Origin: Lama glama
Taxonomy: Eukaryota
Direction: 5' to 3'
DNA: 64,000 bases
Assembly (NCBI GenBank): GCA_028534125.1
Contig: CM052817.1
Coordinates: 33,792,001-33,856,000 of the forward strand
Positions within the stretch are counted from its first letter, which is position 1. Every line of letters begins with the position of its first letter. Below are positions 1-12,670 of this stretch, one piece after another. Position numbers and translations under genes: made by a program. The notes under the pieces are model-generated. The model did not search any database and was not told where the DNA came from. It saw only the letters and a list, made by a program, of their open reading frames with translations.

Positions 1-235
1 ATTTCCTGACCTTGCTTTGAAAGTTAGATTTGGGAAACCTGCCACAAAGCTCACCCAGAGTCATTGATTTCCAGGAGGAAGTCTCATCCTGTGACAGATC
101 AACAGCTGGGGGTGCCCCAGGCCCTGGTCTCACCCCCTTTTATATCTAATCGGCTGTGTGATCTCAGAGGGAAAATAAACTTAGGGCTTCCATTTTGCTT
201 ATCTTATTAGAAAACGCAGTTTAAAAAAAATCAAG

Positions 236-705
236 CATGCATTCTTCAATCATTTTTTAAAATCAAATACCGAGTGCCTACCATGAGACAGGCAGGAGGG
301 ACACAGTGAGGAGGATGGAATTCCCCATCTGGGAAGACAGGCATATGTGTTAAGCAGAAACCTAGATAAATGCTAAGAAAGGAGGTACCAGGTGTTATAT
401 AAACGAGTAAAAGGGAAATTTGAGCTGGTCTGGGATCCAGGGAAAGATTCTAAGGAAGGAGTTGTGATATGTAGACAAGTAGGAGTTAACCAAGCGAAGG
501 CATAGGGAGTGAGCATTTCAGGCAGAGAGTCTAGCATATGCAAGACTGTGATGTGGGAGGGAACACAGTGTACGCAAAAGACTGAAAGACGGGTGCAGAG
601 TGGTGTGATGAGGCTGGAAAGTAGACAGAGCCAGTGAGTGCACACTCAGGGCCTTCCAGGCCGTGATAAAGACTTGGTCTTTATCCCAAAGGGAAGAATG
701 GGAAG
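236..705 (-). mobile_element. L2 LINE 3' region, degraded
   Basis: Reverse-oriented L2-like text (gagtgcctaccatg...; gagcatttcaggcagagagtctagcatatgcaag; cagggccttccaggccgtgataaagacttggtctttatc). Confidence 0.6.
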
Positions 706-706
706 C

Positions 707-745
707 GTGTGTATGTTTGTGTGTGTGTATGTGTGTGTGTGTGTG
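707..745. repeat. Interrupted (TG)n microsatellite
   Basis: gtgtgtatgtttgtgtgtgtgtatgtgtgtgtgtgtgtg seen directly. Confidence 0.9.
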
Positions 746-1254
746 AGATATCACCCAACCACGTCATCCCTCAGGTGACAGGCACCATAAAAAGTGAGTC
801 TCTAAAATTCTTTGAGATTCTAATTTTAAGAACGGTTTTTGGTCTATGAGATCCTTGGGTGTGTCACTTAGGTCCCCATCCACCTGCAGAGGACCAAGAC
901 TGAGCTGTAATCAGTATGTGAGCCCTCTGCTGCTATAAGCTTGCCTCTACCGGATGATACTGTTTTTATTAAAATACAGATGAGTAGATAATCATATAGC
1001 TCATCTGCAAAGATGCACATCAAAATGTTATTTTTGGGTTATGGGATTTGTCGGTGACTTTCAATTTTCTTTTTTAGTACATTTTATATTCTCCAAGGCT
1101 TGGAGAGTTATTTTTCAAAGAGCTTCCTAAAAATACAATGGAAAGTAGGTGTGTGTCAGAGTCACATACAAGTCACCAGGCACACAGAACCTTTCTGTTT
1201 GGGAATTGAGAAGGATGAGATCAAGTTACTATAAGGAATACAAAGTAAGAAAGG

Positions 1255-1621
1255 TGCTATGGACTGAATTGTGTCCCCTCAAATTCCTGTGTTGAAGCTC
1301 TAACCTCCAGAGTGGCTGTATTTGGAGTAAGGAGGTAATTAAGGTTAAATGAGGATACAAAGGTCCCTGATCTCATAGGATTAGTGTCCCTACAGGAGCA
1401 GACACCAGAGAGCTTACTGTCACTCTGCCATGTGAAGTCACAGCAAAGATGGTGGCCGTCTACAAAGCTTCCATCTACAAGGAGGCTGGCTCTTCCTAGA
1501 AACTGAATCTCCATACATCCTGACCTTGGACTTCTCAGCCTCCAGAATTTCAAGAAGTAAATGTTGTTTAAGCCATCCAGCCTAGGGCACTTTGTTATGG
1601 CAGCCCAAAATGATTGCGACA
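1255..1621 (+). mobile_element. MLT1A-type solo LTR (ERVL-MaLR)
   Basis: Starts tgctatggactgaattgtgtcccctcaaattc, contains ttggacttctcagcctccagaa and tttgttatggcagccc, ends ...gaca. Confidence 0.85.
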
Positions 1622-2059
1622 AAGAGGGTTAAACTCTATGGTGGTATTTTTTCTAGGAAGACTTCATAGGAAAGGAGGAATGTTAAGTTACACCCTGTTC
1701 AGCTTCATTACATTTCAAGTATTTCTATGTTCTTTTTATGAAGAAAATTCATGTCACCATCTAACCTTTATCTAAATAAATAAATAAAGCCAATAGATCC
1801 CAGTACAAAGTACTTAAAGCGTGTTGAGTGTGTCCTAATATGCATCCACGTGTACGTAATGATTGGAGGGACAGAAACTCTGGCCCCAAATAAGATTTGA
1901 GCCAAATTTTCTATCTGCTGAGACTGAAACTAACAGGGATTTTGCACTGCATTCTATGCTGAAGGGTTTTGGCACCCAGACTCCTCGGGGACTTCATTCT
2001 CTGAGGAAGGCAACATTACAGGGGGAGCCCACATGTAAGAGGGGGCTCTTGCCCAGGCA

Positions 2060-2530
2060 GAAACAGGTAGTGTCTCAGAGGAAGTGATGTTAAAACCAAA
2101 TTCTGAAGAATGGATACGAGTTCACCAAGTGGATGAGGGGAGAGAGAGAGAAAGAGAAAGGGCTCTTTTATAAGCCCACATGGGTAGAAAATGTGTATTC
2201 TAATTTTCTGTGCCTGGTATGTAGCTGATGCTCAAAAACAGTTTGTAGAGTGGATGGGTAGAGGGACATGGAGAGCACAGGAAACAGTATGTGCAAAGGC
2301 ACTGGGGCCAGAAGCAGCATGAGATGTCTGAAAAATTCCAAGTTGTCTGATATCGTTGGAACTGAGGGTATATGTGTGTGTGTGTGGCGGGTAGGTAGTG
2401 TGGAGGGTGGAAGGGAGGCCAGACAAGAAGGGAGTGAAGCACAAAGGAGATGAGTTTGGGGAGCTGAGTCATGTGGGGCCTTTTACACTGAACTTGGACG
2501 TCTAGAAGTGGTTCTGTGGCAACGGCATCA
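2060..2530 (-). mobile_element. L2 fragments, with a short opposite-strand L2 3' end at ~2205-2260
   Basis: ggaaacagtatgtgcaaaggcactgggg is a typical antisense L2 motif; gtgcctggtatgtagctgatgctcaaaaacagtttgt resembles the sense L2 tail. Confidence 0.5.
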
Positions 2531-4279
2531 TAGATTTGTTGGCAGGTGGCAGAATCAGAGTAGTAACCCAGGTCTTGGGATCCTAGCCTCAATTTCCTCC
2601 ATTTCTAACCAACACCTTTCTCTTTACCCATCTTTACCTATGACTTTGCAGGGGTGTGGCTGGTGCCAGAGGTTTGAGGGCTGGGCCAGGCAGGGACATA
2701 AATCTCGGCAGGATTTCCAAAGCTCAGTCCTCAGGCAGAGCTGTAAAAGCTGTCTCCTCTTTCTCTTTCCCTCTGTCACTCTTCTTCACATCCGGTGTCC
2801 CCACTGCTCACCGCCCCTGACATGGTGCAGCTGCTCTCTGAGTGGCACACTGCAGTTTGGGGGTTGATGGGTAGAAAACTGGAGAAGTTCTGAGGTCAGT
2901 CTGAAACAGGGAGGTGAGCCCAAGAGGTACCTTCTGTGACCATAGGGTGGTTGTGTCCAGCGATGACCAGGGGAGGGGTTGGCGTTCCTGTCTTCCTGGA
3001 GCCAGCGGAGGATACTGAGAAGAGCGTGGAAGGCTGGCTGGGAGCGTTGGCGATCAGGAGAGTTTTGTGAGCTCCATGGAGCAACACAGAAGATGGGCTT
3101 TGTGTGTTAGAGACCATGAGGCCTGGATGCCGCGAGGCAGTTCTGAAGGAAGGTGATTCCCCACTGATTTGTCAAGGATGTGGGTGAGTAGAAAAGTCTT
3201 ACCTGTCTGCCTCTGTGCCATGCCCAATCCCATGCACAGGCACCAGGCACAGCCAGATTCTGCCTTCATCTCTGGGTCCCAGACTGGTGGGAACAGCAGT
3301 AAGAAGCTTCCCATCGCCACTTTGCCTGTCCCCCCATGCCCTGCAATAAATCACACGTCCAAAAGAGACACTCTGGAGGAATTCCGTGGTTCAAGAATAA
3401 AACATGGGCAGGTGCGTTCTCAAAGTCCATTTTCTAGACTGCTTTTAGAGCAGCCCAAATCAAAGGTGCCATTGCCCCTCTCCCTCCATCTCTGTCATGA
3501 GTCACCCCAGTATCTGAGCCTCAGGATGAGACCCCAGATGCTTCTGTGGGGCTCATTCTCTGCATGCTACAGATGGTTCTCCCTTCATACATATTTCATC
3601 TGTTTGAGTGTGTGCGGTTTGGGGCGAATAAAAGCATAGTGATTTTTGTGTCTCCAGCTTTGCCTTCAATATTTAGAGATTGTATTTCCACCAAAGCCTC
3701 TGAGATGTAACTAAATGCAGACAATCCTTGCCAACATGCCGGCAAGCTCTCTGCAGAGAGGAGGCTCGGGGTTGTAGATTCCCATTAGCAAAATTGGCAT
3801 CTCATCCTCTATTCTCCCCAATGGGCCCTTGCATGAAGCTGAAATGCCAAGTTCTTTCCCCCGAGAAATGTTTCCCTCCCACAGTACATTTTGATCAGAC
3901 ATGTCACACGTCCCCAACTGTAACCAACTATCTCTCCACCAGCCTCCCATATGGTATCTGACATCAGATGAGCTCATCACATGCAGAAGTGCTGGGGCCA
4001 TAAATCTTTCAAAAGATTAAACAGAGCCACCAAATCAGGCATCGAAGTGGGGATTTGAAAATACAGTGAATGACAAAGACAAAGGCTGTTTAGATCTCCT
4101 GGCAGATTAAGAAATTATCAGAAATGGCCAGAGTTCTGTAATCGGGCTGGGCCTGTCTCATTCAGATCTTCTGACAGTGTTTATCTGTCTCTTTTGATCT
4201 CCCAAGGAGATTTTAAAAAGAGTAGTTGAATAGAAATAGTCATTTTGAATATTTTTATTTCCACCTCTATCTCCTCTGA

Positions 4280-4785
4280 TGTCACCATACTGCTTAAAAT
4301 CTGATGGCTCCCAGGACATACAGGAAAAAGCACATATTTCTTAGCATGCAAATCTCTTCCAAACCCACCTCATCATACTTTCCTGGTCCCTTGCTGGCTG
4401 CACACTTAGGCTTGAATTATATTTGACAGCTTGGGGCTCATGCATCTCAACATCACGTGTCTTTGCTTAGGCTGTCCAGTGCTGCAACGCCATTCCACAA
4501 GTTGTGCCTTTGGTCTTCTCCAGCTCATCCTGCCGGAGCTCCCTCCAGGAGACACTCTTACTGCAGGAGAATTTGAGCTTGCGTACCTACCTTACAAAAG
4601 TCTTCTGGAATTTCTTTATTATAACACTGTCAGACAGTATTGTTACTCTTTGCTCACATATCTGCTCCTTTGCTGGACTGTGAGCTCCTATCTTGATATC
4701 TGAGCCTATTCTTTGCAACCCTGGCTCATAGCAGGGGCTCAATGAATATTTGCTGGATTGCATGGAATGGAATGGAGTGGAATTA
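4280..4785 (+). mobile_element. L2 3' end
   Basis: atgtcaccatactgcttaaaatc...ggactgtgagctcc...cctggctcatagcaggggctcaatgaatatttgctgg followed by a short (GGAAT)n tail. Confidence 0.6.
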
Positions 4786-4980
4786 CGTTTTAAAGAAGAG
4801 ATGGAATGCCCGATGTGTATGTGATTGATAAATCCCGATGGATTGTTCTGGCAGGGTTTAGAGTAGAGGTTTACATCGTTACATAAATAACTTTGAAGAA
4901 AAAATGAATTGTAGAATTCTTAAGGAAGCAAAACTACAATATTTTACTTGAATATTTACTTGTATTATTCATTCATTCAA

Positions 4981-5313
4981 CTATGACACAAATGAACTTA
5001 TTTATAAAACAGAAACAGACTCACAAACATAGAAAGCAAATTTATGGATGCCTGGGGAGGTGGGGGAAGGGGATGGGATGGGATAAATTGGGAGTTTGAG
5101 ATTTGCAGATACTAACTATTATATACAAAATAGGTAAACAACAAGTTTATACTGTATAGCACAGGGAACTATATTCAATATCTTGTAGTAATCTACAATA
5201 AAAAAGAATATGAAAAGGAATACGTCTATGTATATGTGTGGCTGAAACATTATGCTGTGCACCAGAAATTGGCACAATCTTGTAAAAACTGACTATACAT
5301 CAATTAAAAAAAA
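4981..5313 (+). mobile_element. Young L1 3' UTR (cetartiodactyl/camelid type), inserted into an antisense L2 tail
   Basis: gacacaaatgaacttatttataaaacagaaacagactcac...tatactgtatagcacagggaactatattcaatatcttg...poly-A; L2 pieces on both sides (cattcattcattcaa at ~4966-4980, continuation ~5320-5420). Confidence 0.9.
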
Positions 5314-5426
5314 CCAAAAGTACTACTTATGGAAGGCATGCTACAGTGTTCTAGATATCAGGGATTCAGCTGCAAACCAGACAGATAAAACCTCCTGCCT
5401 TCAGGGAACTTACACTTTACAACTCA

Positions 5427-5660
5427 GAGCACAGTGGTTAGTGTGGGCTCTGGGTTCAATTCCCAGCTTCATCATCACTTACTAGCTGTGCAGTCTTGGG
5501 AAAGTTACTTTGCCCCAGTTTCCTCACCTGTGAAGTGGAGATAAATAATAGTGCCTGCTTCATAGGGTTGTTGCAGACATAGATAACTTAATACATATGA
5601 AGCACTTAGAATAACGCTTGGCATACAGTGTACACTCAGCAGATGCTCATTACTATTATC
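5427..5660 (+). mobile_element. MIR SINE
   Basis: Core cacttactagctgtgcagtcttgggaaagttact...cagtttcctcacctgtgaagtggagataaataatagtgcct. Confidence 0.8.
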
Positions 5661-6109
5661 TGCCAGTTCATTTCACAGCTGAGAAAACAGAGGCAGAGAC
5701 TCTACATTGGATGGTTGCTCTCATCTTTCACTCAGGTGCCCTCAGAAGAAGTCAGCCTGTAAACACTTGTATTCCCTCTGTCACTTTCCTGGAACCGCCC
5801 CCTCCATCCCACGCTGGCTCCCGACCCTTTCCCCTGATTAACACTTACTTGTCCTTAAGGTCTTAGCTGAGAATCATTCTATCTGGGAAGCCTATGAATA
5901 TAGAAATCAGAGCTGCTGAAATGAGATGACGTCGGGTTCACTGCAGAGTGCCCATCCAGATAAATACACTGACGTTGTGTTTAGAAGTAGATCATTCAGA
6001 TGAGCTCTTGACTGTGCACCAACCTCATGGCTCAACTCTGTGTCCTCCGGATAGAGCCCGTGGGGAATTCCCGGCAGTTTCTGACGGAATGGAAATCACC
6101 TCTCCGGAG

Positions 6110-6330
6110 TGTTCGATGCAGGGTCCTGTCACTCACTACCTGTGTGTCCTTGAACAAGTTCTCTTGCATCTCCCTATTTTAGCTTTATCATCTGCAGAAG
6201 GGGAACAGGTTGCACAGATAACTGTCTCATTAAGTCAAAGTGAGAATAAAATGGGACAATTATGCACAGCTTCAGTACAGTGCCCGGAATATAGCAAGCA
6301 TTCAATACATGACAGTAATTCTTATTAATT
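6110..6330 (+). mobile_element. MIR SINE, degraded
   Basis: cactcactacctgtgtgtccttgaacaagtt...cagtgcccggaatatagcaagcattcaatacatg. Confidence 0.65.
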
Positions 6331-6559
6331 CTTATTTAATGGTTATTTTTTTATGAGTTCCTTTGCTGCCTTGTCCAATTGCTGGACTTCCTATTTGGTA
6401 TTTAAATGCCAACTCTGGAAAGGAGCAAGTGTCTCAGCAAATATTCTCCTTAATATGAATTGCTTTTTTAACTTTCATGAAAGACTTTGTAAAACGTACA
6501 AATCTACTGTATTTTTCCCCCAGTTCCTTTCTTCTTCCCTTCAATAAATGCTTTTTGAG

Positions 6560-6900
6560 CATATCGGTAGAGATCGGCCAGATTTACTGCAACAACAATC
6601 TCTAAATCTCAGTGGCTTAAGACAGAAAAGTTTCATTTCTTGTTCATGTTATGTACCCATGGAGGGCTGGCAAGGGGGCTCTGCTCATCGAAGCAACTCA
6701 GTGACCCTGGGGATGGGGCAGCCATCATCTGAAATACTGTTGTTACACATGACCAGCGGAAAAAGAGAGCTGTGGTTGGTTTGAAACCAGCAAATAGGTG
6801 CCTCAGCCTAGAAGTGGCCCTCATCACTGTACCTGCCACTCACCGGGCACCGGTCACCGGTCACCTGCCCCACCCATTCCCAAGGGAGCTGGCAGTGCAA
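6560..6900 (-). mobile_element. Old MLT1 (K/L-like) LTR
   Basis: aaatctcagtggcttaagacagaaaagtttcatttcttgttcatg...ggctctgctcatcgaagcaactcag...agaagtggccctcatcact. Confidence 0.6.
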
Positions 6901-8019
6901 TTCCAAGAAGTAGGGAGTGGGGGGTGGGAGGAGGATTCCAGTGCAATTCAAGAAATGGAGGGATTCCAGTACAATTCTAGGAAAAGCCGTATTTGACTAG
7001 GATGACAGCCACAAGATACCAACTATATGCAAAGCACTGTGACAGCCTGGGTCAAAGACACAAGACACGCAAGCTGCAGCCTTGCTCCTCAGGTGACCTA
7101 CAATCTGGCAGGAGAGACAAGGCAGCATGAAACAAGATACTGCTTCTGAGCCTCCAGCCGCATTCCACCTGAGCCTGGAGGTGATTAATTCTCCCAGCAC
7201 TGCTTTGGACATCGAAGAAATTCATTACCAGGGACCTGGCAGGGACTGTAAAGATGTTACTTGGGAGATGAGAACCAGGGTAGTAATAGCTCATCCATTT
7301 TAAAGTTCTCTTGAAGCCTGTCATCATCAGCCACATCATTTATTTAAACATCTATCTGTCTTTGTGATGGGCCAAGCAAGCAGCCGGCGTGGTCCTGCCC
7401 TGGCGGAGAGTGTGGGAACTAGGGAGCCGTAGGCAGACCACGCATGACTGAGGGCAGGGGTGGGGAGTGAGACACGCCCAGACATACTCACACCCTGTCT
7501 CACAAGTGACTCGGCCTTTCAATCACAGTCATTAGGCACTAATTTGGTGGAGAAGACAGGGAAGGCAGTGTGGGCAAGCAGAGGCAGAAGCCTGGGTCCT
7601 GCCTTCAAGATGCTTATGATACAGTTAGAGAGAGAACACAGAGATGCAGGGAGAATCACAAAATCAAAATATAGCAGAGATTAGTGCCTGAATGGGGGAC
7701 TCAGACCTGTTCTGTCGCATCTAGGAGAGAAAAGAAGCTCCCCTGGTGAGAGAAGTCCAGGGGCACAATCGGAGGAAGCAGACCCCCTTTCACCCTGAGG
7801 ATGGGTAAGTTTTTGGTTGATGGAGAAAAGGGATGGCATGGACCACAGTACACGATAGGTGGTTAGGGAGGAAGGGGAAAGGTCCAAGGAGGGTTTTCCC
7901 AGAAGAGCGGCTTTGTGCAGCTGAGCGGTAATCAGAAAGGAAGGGAGACTGGAGATGTATTGTAGTTTCCAGGGTTGAATTTATCCACGGGGCAGTGAGG
8001 GCTTTTTGAAAGGATGCAA

Positions 8020-8225
8020 ACTAATATTTATGAAGCACCAACAATTTTAGGTCAAGGCTGGTATTAGACACCTTACATATATTAGTATATTTTATCTTCA
8101 CACTAGCTCTCGGAGGTTAGCAGAGAAAACTGAGGCTCAGCGATCACCTGAGAATAAGAGGCAGAGTTGAGAGTGGCACCCAGAACTGTGTGGCATTAAA
8201 CCTCGTGCCTTTTCAATCACATACC
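8020..8225 (-). mobile_element. MIR SINE
   Basis: aactaatatttatgaagcacc...agagaaaactgaggctcag (reverse of the MIR core). Confidence 0.6.
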
Positions 8226-8295
8226 CTGACTGTCCATGAAGACTGTGGGCTGGGAACATGGAGGAAGTGACACGACACATTAAGATCAAGCAAAC

Positions 8296-8866
8296 GGCAT
8301 TATTTACAACAGCCAAGACCTGGAAGCAACCAGAATGTCCATCGACAGATGACTGGATAAAGAAGATGTGGTTTATATATGCAATGGAATACAATTCAGC
8401 TATTAAAAAAGAATGAAATAATGCCATTTGCAGCAATGTGGATGAACCTAGAGATTATTATCCTAAGCGAAGTAAGTCAGACAGAGAAAGACAAATGTCA
8501 TGCTATCACTTATATGTGGAATCTATAAAATGACACAAATGAACTTATTTACAAAATAGAAACAGACTCACAGACACAGAGAACAAATTCATGACTACCA
8601 AAGGGGAAAGGGAGGGGAGGGATAAATTAGGAGTTTAGGATTAGCAGATACTAACTACTATATATGAAATAGATAAACAACAAGGTGCTACTGTATAGCA
8701 CAGGGAACTATATTTAATATCTTACAATTAGCTGTAATGAAAAAGAATATGAAAAATAATATATAGATATAAAACTGAATCACTATGATGTACACCAGAA
8801 ACTAACTCAATGTAAACTTACTATAATTCAACAAAATATATGTATATATACGTATGTTTAAAAAAA
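8296..8866 (+). mobile_element. 5'-truncated young L1 (ORF2 C-terminus plus 3' UTR) with TSD
   Basis: Encodes ALFTTAKTWKQPECPSTDDWIKKMWFIY (L1 ORF2 C-terminus), then 3' UTR and poly-A. TSD aagatcaagcaaac (8282-8295) / aagagcaagcaaac (8867-8880), 13/14 identical, at a TT|AAGA site. Confidence 0.95.
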
Positions 8867-11374
8867 AAGAGCAAGCAAACTGCATAGAAGACAGATGAGG
8901 GAAGAGAGGCTGGTGGCATGGACACTGATAAGGAGACAATTATACAGATCAAAATTTTGAGGGAAGGACCTGAATTGAGATAATGAGGAGGAAGTTGCAA
9001 ACTGGGAGGAAAGATGATGACTTCGACTGTGGACATACTGAGTTTGGAGGAGACAGGTACCCAGGTTGTCATCTGATGTCATGAGGCCAGATTCAGGACA
9101 TGTTTAGGGTTAGAAGCCCAGGCACCACATGACCTTCGGCCAGCGACTTAGCCTCCAGAAACCTCCATTTCCCCCTCCATCTGGATTACAGTAGGAACTG
9201 ATGAAGGAAGGCCTGCAGAGTGTTGAATGATGTCCAAGAAACAGTCAGAGCACCTGAGGAGTGGTACCTGACATTTTATTACAGGGAGGGGGCAGAGATT
9301 AGGAATGTGCCTTCTTCCAGGCTGGCAATTCCCACAGTGAGTTGCCTGGTGGGCTCTGGAAACTCCACCTGCAACTTCTATTGTGACAGTTTGTCTGACT
9401 GATTCCCTTGGGTTTGCACATTTGGACAGTACACCTACCCTTTTGTACCCCCACCTCCACGGAGGTCTTCCATGGTTCAGGAGAAAGCTGGCCTGCCCTG
9501 TGATATGGTGAGCTTGGGGTCTCGAGGTTCCCAGAATGAGGAAGAAATGGACCCACCCTCCCATTCACTGTGCTTATGAAGCTTGTAAGCCGCTTCTGTA
9601 CATCAGCAGGTGACACTCTCTTTGTGTGGAGTCATTGCATGTCCTCTACTAAGCGAGGGCTTAGGAAAAGAGACCCTCAAGCCCCAAGCACTATCTCCAC
9701 AAGGTCACATAAACACTCCCTGCTCTTATCATCCAGCAATGTTATCTGGTGCCAAGAGGATTTCATAAACAAACTTGAATGTGCAATAAAAAAAAGTCCC
9801 CACGCTAGACAAGCAATCATATTTCTACATCTTAAAAGCCCCAATGAATTACATACATAGCAACCAGGTTTGTCCTCATAAAAGTCATTCTGCCACCCTC
9901 CGACTCATCATAAAAAGATCTATATTAAAAATCAGCATCATCATATACATAAAAGATTGAAGCAAAAAAAATGTAATGTTGGATCTGATTCTTGCAGAGC
10001 CTAAGGCAACCCTAGCAGGAGTCCAGGCTCCCAAGCATGTCAGGGAGGGAGGGTCTGAAACAGCTCATTATTTAATAAAGCTGAGGAGTCCCTGAAACCA
10101 TACACTTGTGTATAACTCTTTAGAAACTGAAGAACAATCAGAAAAGCATAGCTGAAGGTTTTACCGTTCTGTTAACAGTCTTGCCACCCACCACTCTGGC
10201 CCCAAGTCTTGAGAATCTAAGTACTAATCACCTTGATGTTTATTTTATTCATACACGCCTGCATATTTCATCAAAATCAGTTATCAGTTGCCGGCGACAT
10301 CTCCTGTTGTCACAAACACCTGGCTTTTTCCCTCTTTCTCTGCTTGCCCCTCTTATCAAAGCCAGTTTGAATTCCTGTCCCCGGGCCTAAGAGAGGTCTG
10401 GTAAGTGGGTAAATTGACGTGGAGTGGGTTGGCAGCTTCTCTCATGGAGGTTACTTTTTTGACCTCTGAACAGGCCCACCTTGAGAAGAGGTTTGGGGAC
10501 ACCCGCTTTAGGGCCCGTCTGTCACGGGCAGAAGCAGCTGGCCTGTCTCACGGGGTAATGTTTGCAGGGTTGTGTCAACAAGCGTAGTGGAAATGAGGGC
10601 CACCAGCTCTCAGATAGGGAGACCATGGAGGTTTCTTTCTGCCCTCTGACTTGCTTGTGGGGCCATGGGAAACTCCATAATGTTTGAATAAAACACTGGG
10701 TTACAGGGGGTAAAACCAGGGCAAAATACTTGGATTTGAGATTAGCACGGGAAATCTCTGACCTGGAGCTGCCCATAATTTTTCCCAACCTGGCTGCTTT
10801 CCCAGAGGGTCTCTCCAAGTTATCAGCCGGGCCTGGGCTTCCAGAATTAGGACAGGGAGAACTCTTCATTTTCCCTTGTTACTTTTGCCCATAATTATCA
10901 TCAGTCTAGCCAGACTAGTTTGAGGAAAGAAGCCAAGACATGGGGAGGAAATTAGTGTGGGCCGTGAGGCAGGGGTCTGTTTTTTCTTGGGGCATTAGAC
11001 TGGATCATCATCTTCCCCCTCCAGGATGACTTCTATCCCTTTATCTCCATCCCCTCTGACTTCTGACAGCCTCCAAGGCATGCTCTAAAGTTAAGATGGG
11101 AAGCAGAGGAGAAAACGTTTCACCAACCATGGAAGGACTGTGATTCTGAGATTTGAAGAGAGTGTGCCAAGATATCCCTGTTAATTAAACTCATTTCGAT
11201 TGGAATTTATACCTTATCCACTTCCTAAGATATTATTGGCAGCTTCCAACAAAAGATGCAGATATAAGAGAGCAAAAATTCAATCATATAATCAGAATTC
11301 AGTGAGACTCTAACATGTGCAAGGTATCAGGGCTGGGGGAGTCCATCCTTATGCAGAAAGCCAGGGCTTTGGGA

Positions 11375-11570
11375 GAGCTTATGGCTGTGTAACAGGCAAA
11401 TTATTTAATATCTTTGAGCATCACTTTCCTCTGCTGTAAAACAAACTTGATAATCACAGCACCTACCTCACAGGACTGTCGCAGCGATTTAAGTATATGT
11501 AAAGTTTATGCACAGCCTCTGGCAGTTAGATGAGCACGTAATACACAGTAACTATTGCAGTGATTATTTC
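11375..11570 (+). mobile_element. MIR SINE
   Basis: ggctgtgtaacaggcaaattatttaatatctttgagcatcactttcctctgctgtaaaa...gcacctacctcacaggactg. Confidence 0.6.
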
Positions 11571-11969
11571 TGAACTAGGAAAGAACATGATGATGGGGAC
11601 ATTTTCCTGCTCTGTAGGAGGCACAGAGGTGGGGAAGGACTCGAAGCGTCTGGGGAGGAGCACACAGGATTCTGAGTGAGTAAGGGTACAAGCAATGGGA
11701 AGAAAAAAGAAGGCTGCACATGGCTTCACTTCGAATTTATCCTGTTGGCCATGAAAAATCATAGAAGCCCTAAGCGACCTGATAATTTAGAAAAATCTTA
11801 TTGATAATAATGTAGAGGAGAAACAGAGGTAGGAAGAGACAGGAGGCAGTCATGTGTCTGTTGTAAGATAGGAAGTAGAGATGAAAATAACCCTTTTAGG
11901 ACCATGGCAGTGGAGACGGAAAGTCAGGGACAGATTGCAAAGCTTCTGGCGTGTGTTGGGTGGGATACT

Positions 11970-12100
11970 CCACTAGAACGTCAGCTCCATGGAAGTAGGG
12001 GTCTTGGTTTTGTACACTGATGTGTCCCAAGCACCTGGAACAGTGACTGGCACATAGGAAGTGCTCAATAAGCATTTGTCAAACGAGTGAGTGGATGGTA
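11970..12100 (+). mobile_element. L2 3' terminus
   Basis: ccactagaacgtcagctccatggaagtagggg...aacagtgactggcacataggaagtgctcaataagcatttgt. Confidence 0.8.
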
Positions 12101-12104
12101 GTGA

Positions 12105-12670
12105 TATTAAACAAGGAAGGAAATGTAGGGGGACTAGCAAGTTTGAGGGTGAAGAGAGTGAGTTATTATTCCAGCTGTGCTGATGTCTCAGAGACCTGTG
12201 GGACATCCAAGTGAAAATGTTTCTGGTGGAAAATGGAAATTTGGGCTGGATACTCAGGAAGGAAAGTGGGGCTGGAGTCGAGTTTTGGAAATGTTGGCTC
12301 ATGAGACATAGTTGAAATCTCGGAATGGTTAAGATCAACCTGGGAAAGTGTACAGAATGAGAAGAGAAACCAGTCAAGAATGGAAATGTTGGTGAAGACT
12401 CACACTTGAGTCGGGCGGGAGGGATACAGGAAGAAGAGCCAAGGAGATGGAGAAAGACTGGATATAAGAGTAGGAGACGGTATAGGGCGTTGTATTACAG
12501 ACTCTGAGAAGTAGCTTCAAGAAAGCAGTAGCAGTGTCAGCTGCTGTGGAGGGTTTGGGTAGAAAGAGGATCAGAGAGCGTTGCTTCATCTGGGGGTTCG
12601 GATGTCATCAGTGAGCCTACAAGCTGTAGACATAGACACTGGCTCACACCTCCCTTGGTGACCAGTAGAA
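12105..12670 (-). mobile_element. L2 internal fragment (probably continues from ~11600-11960)
   Basis: cctgtgggacatccaagtgaaaatgt...tcaggaaggaaagtggggctggag...gatcaacctgggaaagtgtacagaatgagaagagaa. Confidence 0.65.

Noticed and set aside
3169..3639. Longest ORF (156 aa)
   Set aside because: TTG start, no recognisable domain, composition typical of random frames; ORFs of this length are expected by chance in 64 kb.
5054..5082. G-quadruplex-forming run
   Set aside because: It is the standard G-rich tract of the L1 3' UTR.
8137..8436. ORF MLQMALFHSFLIAELYSI...
   Set aside because: Antisense translation of the L1 ORF2 3' end, a common false protein hit.
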